From a virus (lineage: Duplodnaviria > Caudoviricetes), in the IMG/VR virus record IMGVR_UViG_3300031938_000010, positions 1 through 41,062 of that record: a stretch of 41,062 nt of DNA; one strand, written 5' to 3'. Of the stretch, positions 35,017-41,062 are shown piece by piece (the first letter of the stretch is position 1; each line of letters starts with the position of its first letter). A program made the position numbers and the translations under genes. The notes below the pieces were generated by a model. That model saw only the letters and a program-made list of their open reading frames with translations, was not told the DNA's origin and searched no databases.

Positions 35017-35498
35017 GCGCTGCCCTCGAGCGCCGCGATGACGCGCTGCCGAATGGTTGCCTCGATCTGCGGACGCAACTCGTTGAGCGACGAACGCAGG
35101 AACGAGCGCTCAGGCATGCGCACGCGGCGCTCGAAGCTGCGAACCTGCACGACGGTCGGCGCGATCGTTCGACCGAAGGCGTGCGAGATCTTGCGCGCGT
35201 GCGCCTTCACCGTTTCCGGGCCATCGAAGCCGTACTCGTGGATGGCGGCATACTTGACGTTCGTACCGACCTGCGTCTCGATGCGGGTGCCACTGTCGCG
35301 GAATCGCTGATTGATGCTGCGACGAAGCTGGCCTGTCCGGTTGCGCAGCACCTCGCCGGAGAGCTTCTCCTTCGCGCGCGTCAACACGAGATCGCCGGCG
35401 CGCTGCACGCCGGTGCGCACGGCCTCGCGCACGCGCATCCCCGCGCTCTGCAGGGAGAGCTCGAGATTGCCGCCGGTGGTGACGCGGAACGCAATCAT
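35013..35498 (-). CDS. HK97 gp10-like / virion morphogenesis protein
   Basis: RTGQLRRSI...VGTNVKYAAIHEYG...MPERSFLRSSL. Confidence 0.85.
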   Translation of the reverse strand: MIAFRVTTGGNLELSLQSAGMRVREAVRTGVQRAGDLVLTRAKEKLSGEVLRNRTGQLRRSINQRFRDSGTRIETQVGTNVKYAAIHEYGFDGPETVKAHARKISHAFGRTIAPTVVQVRSFERRVRMPERSFLRSSLNELRPQIEATIRQRVIAALEGSA

Positions 35499-35508
35499 CG
35501 CCCGGTCC

Positions 35509-36057
35509 TCAGAACGCGGCCACGCGCCGGTAGGGCGCGAGCGCGAGCTGCACGAACGCGGGCATCACGCCGATGTCGTACGTCGTCGTTTCGTTGGCGG
35601 CGCCCTTGGATCGCACGTCGAGCCGCTCGCGCTCGCGGTACAGCCGCGCGACCCAGCGCACGGCGGCCTGCGCCACCTCGGCGGGGGTCACCAGGAAGCC
35701 GGCGGTCAGCTGCACGGCGACGTTCTGGACGCCGCGCGTGAAGCAGCCGCCGACGAAGTACAGCAGGCTCCCGTCGAGCACCCAACCGCGCTGTCCGACG
35801 GCCGGCTGCTGCGGGATGATGACGCCGTCGACGCTTACGCTCGTGACCGAGACGACGGGGCCGTGGCGCAGCAGGAGCTGGTCGCCGCCGCGGCCGTGGT
35901 ACGTGTCGGTATAGCTCGCGAGCGCGAACGTGCGACCGCACCACGTCTCGATCGCCGCCGAGACGGCCGTGACGAGCGTGCCGAGCAGCGTATCGTCCGC
36001 GTTGGAATTCAGCGGGAGATACGCTTTCACGGCGTTGAGCGTGGTGAGGTCGCCCAT
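35509..36057 (-). CDS. Head-tail connector (gp6-like)
   Basis: LTTLNAVKAYL...DDTLLGTLV...IETWCGR...LALAPYRR. Confidence 0.85.
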   Translation of the reverse strand: MGDLTTLNAVKAYLPLNSNADDTLLGTLVTAVSAAIETWCGRTFALASYTDTYHGRGGDQLLLRHGPVVSVTSVSVDGVIIPQQPAVGQRGWVLDGSLLYFVGGCFTRGVQNVAVQLTAGFLVTPAEVAQAAVRWVARLYRERERLDVRSKGAANETTTYDIGVMPAFVQLALAPYRRVAAF

Positions 36058-36069
36058 GGTCGGAACCCG

Positions 36070-36348
36070 TTAGGCGCGGGTGAAGCCGCGCGCGTCGAAG
36101 TGCGCGGCGACGTGCGCCGGCACGGTGAAGACGCCGCCCATGCGGTCGAACCGTGTGAGTGCGCCGTCGAGCTCGAGCTCGACCGGCCCGCAGTGCTCGG
36201 CGGGCGGCACGAACGCGACGGTCTCTGGGGCGGCGAGCGCCGTCGACGGCTCGTCGGCCGGCGCCGGCGTGAGCGGCGCCTCGGTGACGGGCGGCTCGGT
36301 GATCGGCACCGGCGTGCCGCTCACGTCGGTCGGGGCGGTGTTACGCAT
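36070..36348 (-). CDS. Hypothetical head-associated protein
   Basis: Follows the capsid; overlap with upstream stop. Confidence 0.6.
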   Translation of the reverse strand: MRNTAPTDVSGTPVPITEPPVTEAPLTPAPADEPSTALAAPETVAFVPPAEHCGPVELELDGALTRFDRMGGVFTVPAHVAAHFDARGFTRA

Positions 36349-36655
36349 CGGCGCGGTCCTGCTTGGTGCAGCCGTGCGCGCACGCGACGTCGACCGCGCT
36401 CTCGGGCACGGCGACGAAGCCGTCGGCCGCGCGGTACTCGTGCCCGTCGTGCGAGAAGCCGCCGAAGTCGGCGGGCGCCTTCAGCCGCACCATTGCCTCG
36501 GGCGCGCGCACCTCGAGCTCGGGCGCGGCGATCGTGAGCAGGCGCTGCACGCGCTCGCTGCCGAGCAGCGGCGCGAGCTCGGCGTCGGACATCGAAGCGA
36601 CCGCGGCGGCCGCGTCGAACGACGGCGCCTGGTCGGGGGAGTTCTTGGTGGCCAT
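36341..36655 (-). CDS. Hypothetical head-associated protein
   Basis: First gene after the capsid. Confidence 0.65.
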   Translation of the reverse strand: MATKNSPDQAPSFDAAAAVASMSDAELAPLLGSERVQRLLTIAAPELEVRAPEAMVRLKAPADFGGFSHDGHEYRAADGFVAVPESAVDVACAHGCTKQDRADA

Positions 36656-36691
36656 CGGAGGAGAAGTCGGAGGAACGGCGGGAGGGGGAGT

Positions 36692-36724
36692 GCGGGCGCC
36701 TAACGGAAGTCGTTAGGCGCCCGC
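36692..36724. repeat. Perfect 14-bp hairpin built from GCCTAAC/GTTAGGC, downstream of the capsid gene
   Basis: GCGGGCGCCTAACG-GAAGT-CGTTAGGCGCCCGC. Confidence 0.85.
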
Positions 36725-36746
36725 CGAGCCATCGAGCTGCGGAGCG

Positions 36747-38234
36747 TCAGCCGTTGGCGATGTTGGTGCGGACGCCGAGCGTCTGCGGGTAGTAGACCTG
36801 CAGCACCTCGTCGACGTACACGCCCCACTCGTTCTTGCGCGTGCGCAGCGGCCAGTCGATCCGGTGGTACTCGCGGCGCGTCTTCACGCGCTTCACCGGC
36901 CCGATCGCGCCCTGGAACGGCACCGTGTCCGCCTCGTACATCAGCGTGCCGGGCACCATGTCCGGGTGCACCTCGATCGGCACCGGCCGCTTCGTCACCG
37001 GGTGCGTGATCGAGTCGACCACGACGCCGGCGGTGAGGCCCTGGCCGCCCGAGACCGGGTAGCGGATCACCGGCACGCCGCCGTTGGCGACGACTTTGTT
37101 CGTGATGTTCGCCTGCTCCTGCGAGTTCGCGAGGATGCGGTCGGGGACGATCTTGTAGAGGTCCCAGAACAGCCGCAGGTCGGCGCTGATCTCGGCGATC
37201 CCGCCGGCGCCGTCCGACGTCAGCGGCGTGCCCGTGCCGGGCGTGCCCGTGCCCTGCGCGGCGTAGAGCGCGCCGAGCGACGCCTGCGACGCGTACGTCA
37301 GCAGCCCGTCGAACGCGAGGGCGCTCGTCGAGTGGTCGCTCGCGTCGAGCGACGCGGCGGTCTGGCCGGTCGCCGGCAGCGCGGTGAACTTCGCGCTGTT
37401 GACCGTGGTGATCTGCGCGATCTTCTCCGCGCCCGCCGTGCCGACGAACCACGCGTACGCGACCGCGCCCGGCACCGCCGCGACGCTCGCGCTCACCGTG
37501 TTCGTCGAGCCGCCGCCCGTGGTGACCGTGGCGTTGGCCGACTTCGCCGCCGAGCCGCCGCCGTACGTGTCGGTCGAGCCGTCGGCGTTCGTCTTCGTGA
37601 TCGCCTGCGGGATGCCGTTCGTCAGCGTGGCGCGCTGCCAGCCGGCGAAGGTGAGCGCGACGCAGATCACGCTGACCGTGGTCGTCGCGGCGATGCTGCC
37701 GCCCGACGTGGCGGTCGAGAGCGACGGCGTCGGCGTCGTGCCGAGCGCCATGCTGGTGTTGCCGCCCAGGAGCATGTGCTCCTCGGCGAGGAAGAGCTGG
37801 TTCAGGAGCGACAGGGACTCGAACGCGTCGATGTCCATGAAGCCCTCGGCCGCGTAGCCCGCCTCGAACGTGTAGTTGTTCTCGAGGCCGAGCCCGCGGT
37901 AGCTGACGCTCTTGTCGACGGACGTCGTGTTGATCACGGCGCCGCGGTTCCCCTCGGAGACGCCGGCGCCCTGCCGCGGCGAGTTCACCGAGGTGATCAT
38001 CTTCCAGTTCGCCATCAGGCCCGCGCCGCCGCCGACGCGCGCGATGCGGTTGCGGATCGACGTCAGGACGTTGATCAGCGTGCGGGCCGGCGCCTCGAGG
38101 TCGAACGCGACGAGGCCGGTCGCCTGCGTGGCGCTCTTGTTGAGGCGACCGATGATGAGGTCGCGGACCAGCGCGTCGCTGGGCGACTGGAGCGCCTTGT
38201 TGAGCAGCTCGATCGTCTGCTGTTCGGTGAACAT
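36747..38234 (-). CDS. Major capsid protein with inserted beta-rich domain
   Basis: 495 aa after the protease; FDLEAPAR...EYHRIDWPLRTRKNEWGVYVDEVL; Thr/Ser/Gly-rich internal insertion. Confidence 0.85.
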   Translation of the reverse strand: MFTEQQTIELLNKALQSPSDALVRDLIIGRLNKSATQATGLVAFDLEAPARTLINVLTSIRNRIARVGGGAGLMANWKMITSVNSPRQGAGVSEGNRGAVINTTSVDKSVSYRGLGLENNYTFEAGYAAEGFMDIDAFESLSLLNQLFLAEEHMLLGGNTSMALGTTPTPSLSTATSGGSIAATTTVSVICVALTFAGWQRATLTNGIPQAITKTNADGSTDTYGGGSAAKSANATVTTGGGSTNTVSASVAAVPGAVAYAWFVGTAGAEKIAQITTVNSAKFTALPATGQTAASLDASDHSTSALAFDGLLTYASQASLGALYAAQGTGTPGTGTPLTSDGAGGIAEISADLRLFWDLYKIVPDRILANSQEQANITNKVVANGGVPVIRYPVSGGQGLTAGVVVDSITHPVTKRPVPIEVHPDMVPGTLMYEADTVPFQGAIGPVKRVKTRREYHRIDWPLRTRKNEWGVYVDEVLQVYYPQTLGVRTNIANG

Positions 38235-38288
38235 GATACGTCTCTACAGGGGAGCGGAGGGGACAGGCGGAGGGGAGGGATGGGCGGG

Positions 38289-38337
38289 TGACCGCGACTG
38301 TTAGGCAGTGTGAGGCAGTGCCTAACGGTCGCGGTCA
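38289..38337. repeat. 19-bp inverted repeat (one mismatch) built from GTTAGGC/GCCTAAC, upstream of the capsid gene
   Basis: TGACCGCGACTGTTAGGCA...TGCCTAACGGTCGCGGTCA. Confidence 0.85.
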
Positions 38338-39471
38338 GGACTTGCGGACGCTCAGGCCGGGCACCATCGCGAAGGCATCCTTCGCCTTCGCGGCGTGGAC
38401 GGGATCCACGCCTGGGGTGAGCTCTGGGTCGGTCTTCGGGTTCACCGAGTCCACGACCTTCGGAACGGGCACCGCCAGCACGGCGCCCTTGGGCGCGGCG
38501 GGGTGCGCCTTGAGCGCGTCGAGCGCCGCGCGCGTGTCGGCGAGCTCGGTACGCAGCGCGCCGGTCGCCTTCTCGACGGCGGCGTCGATCGCCTTCTGCA
38601 GGTCGGTCTCGCGCGCCGCGCCGAGCGCCTTCGCGACGATGGCGGCGATGCGCTCGTCGTCGCCCACCGGCGTCGGCGGTGTGACCGGCTCGGCCGGCGT
38701 ACTGGGCTCCTCTGGCGTCGCGGCCTTCTCGACGTCGCCGGCGGGGGCGGAGAGCTCCACCACCTCGACCGTCTCGACGTCGCCGCCCGGCAGGTCGGCC
38801 ACCGCTTCGGCGCCTTCCTCGGTGACCATGGCGGAGAGGATCGTCACGCCTTGCGACAGCCAGTCGCCGAGCTGCGCGGGGATCGGCGAGCCGTCCCCTT
38901 CGATCTCGGCGTCCCAGGCCTCGTCGCTGGCGAGCCACTGCACGTCCTGCAGCAGCGAGGCGAGGCGCGCGACGGACCAGAGGCCCTTCTGGATCGGCTC
39001 CGCGCCGTCGTCGGCGCCGTCGATCTTCGCGAACTTCATGACCGCCTCGGGGTTCGCCGGGCGGTCGACGAGGGAGACCTCGGTGAGCTGCAGCTCCGTG
39101 ATGACGGAGCGGTCGGCGGGGTCGCGCTTCACGACACGCCCGCCAATGGAGAAGCCCTTGTAGACCTCGGTCTCCACCTTCAGCACGGCGACCGGGTCGA
39201 CGACGTGGGCCTTGAACGCGGTGCGGCCGTCGCCCTCGACCTGCATCTCCATCGCGGTGCCGGCGGCGCTGGCCTGGTGCATCTCGCGCACGGCGCCCCA
39301 GCGCATGTAGTCGGGGATGGCGTTGGCCATCGCGTCGGCCTTGATCACCTCGCCGTCGGCGTCGCGCGCTTCGCTCGAGGCGTAGCCGGTGACGATGAGG
39401 GTGCCGTCGTCCTGCTTCTCGACCTTCTCGAACGCGCCGTACAGCGTCGTGCGCGAGGTGCGCCGCTTCAT
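38335..39471 (-). CDS. Prohead protease/scaffold
   Basis: VTGYASSEARDADGEVI...VREMH...YKGFSIGG...EVSLVDRPANPEA, then an acidic/coiled-coil scaffold region. Confidence 0.9.
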   Translation of the reverse strand: MKRRTSRTTLYGAFEKVEKQDDGTLIVTGYASSEARDADGEVIKADAMANAIPDYMRWGAVREMHQASAAGTAMEMQVEGDGRTAFKAHVVDPVAVLKVETEVYKGFSIGGRVVKRDPADRSVITELQLTEVSLVDRPANPEAVMKFAKIDGADDGAEPIQKGLWSVARLASLLQDVQWLASDEAWDAEIEGDGSPIPAQLGDWLSQGVTILSAMVTEEGAEAVADLPGGDVETVEVVELSAPAGDVEKAATPEEPSTPAEPVTPPTPVGDDERIAAIVAKALGAARETDLQKAIDAAVEKATGALRTELADTRAALDALKAHPAAPKGAVLAVPVPKVVDSVNPKTDPELTPGVDPVHAAKAKDAFAMVPGLSVRKS

Positions 39472-39484
39472 GCTGGAGCTCCAG

Positions 39485-39561
39485 GGGAAACGAAAAACGG
39501 GCCGCACGGCACTCCGGTGAGGGAGTGCGGTGCGGCCCGTGAGGCTGCGTGCTCGGTTGTG
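39485..39561 (-). terminator. Leader element: 15-mer, 19-bp hairpin, TTTTTCGTTT tail
   Basis: Stem 39497-39515/39522-39540; GCGTGCTCGGTTGTG at 39547-39561. Confidence 0.75.
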
Positions 39562-39606
39562 TGGCCGGTTGCGCGGTGCGCGGGTCCGGCCGGACCCTAT
39601 TGCACG

Positions 39607-39831
39607 TTAGAGCCCTGGTGAGGGCGTGTCAAACAGAGGACGATCGATCGGCGTTGGCGTTGCGCGCCCGACTTCCTCGGCCGCGCAGGGCAGATGCATC
39701 GCGCCCCGCGAGGTGACCATGATGCCGACACCGCCGGCGAGGTCGCGCGGCCCGTCGTGCAGCGGATGCCCGCAGATCACGCAGCGGGTCGCGCGCAGCG
39801 TGCCGGTGATGACCGGCGGCACGTCGCTCAT
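39607..39831 (-). CDS. Small CxxC protein
   Basis: CVIC...HLPC. Confidence 0.55.
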   Translation of the reverse strand: MSDVPPVITGTLRATRCVICGHPLHDGPRDLAGGVGIMVTSRGAMHLPCAAEEVGRATPTPIDRPLFDTPSPGL

Positions 39832-39892
39832 CGCTCGCTCGGCGGCTCGGCCATCGGCTCCAGCGTGCCCGTGAGGATCGGAGGCGCGTCGG

Positions 39893-40153
39893 TCATGGCG
39901 CGCGCTCGGCGGGAAACACGACCTGCTCGGCGGTGAGATGGACGCGTAGATCGAGGCGTGAGTTGGCTACCCTGTCCGAGCCGTCACGCAACGTCGCGCT
40001 GCCGGTCAGCGTCATTTCGTCGATCGAGCCAGTCGCCACGATCTCGTTGCCGTCCGCGTCGCGGATCGTGACGGTGACCGGCTTGCCGTTGCGGAACCCA
40101 TCGAGCTTCTCGCGAATGGTGAACGGTTCCATCTCATCAGGGTCGAGTGGCAC
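39893..40153 (-). CDS. Hypothetical protein
   Basis: GTG start just after the gpF stop; plausible composition. Confidence 0.55.
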   Translation of the reverse strand: MPLDPDEMEPFTIREKLDGFRNGKPVTVTIRDADGNEIVATGSIDEMTLTGSATLRDGSDRVANSRLDLRVHLTAEQVVFPAERAP

Positions 40154-40157
40154 GGTC

Positions 40158-41062
40158 TCAGTTCTCTGCGAGCACAGGCACAATGTCGCACACGCACCGA
40201 GGGTGCGCAGGCGGGTCGCCGATGCCGCCGAAATCGTCGTCGAGCGGTACGACGCCCATCGCCGCCGCCGTGTCGCACTCGTCGAACCCGTCGTGCTCCG
40301 AGCCGAGCAGCCACCGCTTGCCCGCCACCTCGCCGCTCGCGCGATACGCCTCGAGGTTGCCCTCCACGTCCGCGCGCGCCGTCTCCGTGCGCGCGATCGT
40401 GTCGGCGCGATCGGCGCTGAACGCGTAGGAATCGCCGATCTCCTGCGCGAGCCGCGCGTTCGACCAGCCCTCCTCGAGCGCCTGCACGACGTCGCCGCGG
40501 AGCGACGCGCGCGTGCTGTCTGTGATCACCCAGCGCGCGTCGGGGTTCGGCAGGAGCTGGTTGCCGTCCCACTTCATGCCGACCATCTCGGCCGCTCGCT
40601 GGTGCGCCCACGCGATTGCCTCGACGTTCGCCTGCCCGGTGATCTCCGGCAGCTGGGGAACGCCGATCTGCGCGAGCCCGGCGTCGTGCCCCGCGTGCAG
40701 CACGTCGACGAGGATCGCCTCGACGTCGGGGACGATGTGCGCCCAGTCGGTGAAGTCGAGCGCGCGCAGGATCTCGTCGACGACGTCGGCGCTCCCCGCG
40801 TCGATCGTCGCGCCGTCGTCGTCCTTGCGAAGCTCGACGCCGGCGACCTTCGTCGAGCCGCCGTGCACGAGCACCGCGTGATGGATCTGCGTCGCGAGCG
40901 ACTGCGCGCGATCGGCGAGGAAGCTGGTGAGCGCGTCGCGCAGCCGCCGGCGCGGGCCTTGGACCGCGCGGCGGTTGCGATTGATGCGGCGGATCGTGGG
41001 CTTGCCGCTGCGCCCCTTCCCGATCAGCTCGAGGAACGTGTCGTCCTCAATACCACCGAGCA
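40158..41062 (-). CDS. Mu gpF/SPP1 gp7-like head morphogenesis domain protein, 5'-truncated (possibly portal-fused)
   Basis: RADTIARTETARA...KRWL...PPAHPRCVC; frame stays open to the right edge. Confidence 0.85.
   Translation of the reverse strand, partial: LGGIEDDTFLELIGKGRSGKPTIRRINRNRRAVQGPRRRLRDALTSFLADRAQSLATQIHHAVLVHGGSTKVAGVELRKDDDGATIDAGSADVVDEILRALDFTDWAHIVPDVEAILVDVLHAGHDAGLAQIGVPQLPEITGQANVEAIAWAHQRAAEMVGMKWDGNQLLPNPDARWVITDSTRASLRGDVVQALEEGWSNARLAQEIGDSYAFSADRADTIARTETARADVEGNLEAYRASGEVAGKRWLLGSEHDGFDECDTAAAMGVVPLDDDFGGIGDPPAHPRCVCDIVPVLAEN

Larger units (their letters stand above)
1..41062. mobile_element. Temperate tailed phage (siphovirus-like) genome segment, probably the excised/free form
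   Basis: Continuous head-tail-lysis-immunity-integration-replication gene order, no host housekeeping genes, and phage genes on both sides of the putative attP. Confidence 0.95.

Noticed and set aside
378-38326. TTAGGC as a nematode-type telomere repeat, or the motif as CRISPR repeats
   Set aside because: Copies are dispersed 7-mers, not tandem hexamer tracts or 25-45 bp repeats with regular spacers; no cas genes
1-41062. Stop-codon reassignment or read-through at GCC TAA
   Set aside because: Recognisable genes are intact in code 11, and TAA sites are followed by new starts, often in other frames

Overview
A 41 kb slice of a very GC-rich (roughly 73-75% by eye) temperate siphovirus-like phage, almost entirely transcribed on the minus strand. 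From right to left it carries: head genes (Mu gpF/SPP1 gp7-like domain, prohead protease, major capsid), head-tail connectors, tail genes (major tail, tape measure, Dit-like, fibre and tip), a lysis region (DUF1353, TIGR02594 peptidase), an accessory island (large Ig-tailed protein, antisense HNH, secreted protein, HigBA-like TA pair, lipoprotein), the cI/cro switch, early genes (HNH, SSAP, many small CxxC proteins), xis-int, an apparently intact attP, a replication initiator and RusA. The host is possibly Gemmatimonadota (inference from GC content and lipoprotein style). The most striking unexplained signal is the heptamer GCCTAAC/GTTAGGC, which I counted by eye about 49 times against about 4 expected. 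It serves as the stop/junction of about 16 genes, as TTA-GGC or CCT-AAC codons, in 12-bp tandem arrays, in hairpins on both sides of the capsid gene, and as direct repeats around accessory genes. It is identical to the integron core consensus RYYYAAC/GTTRRRY. Protein family calls come from motif recognition only, with no database search.
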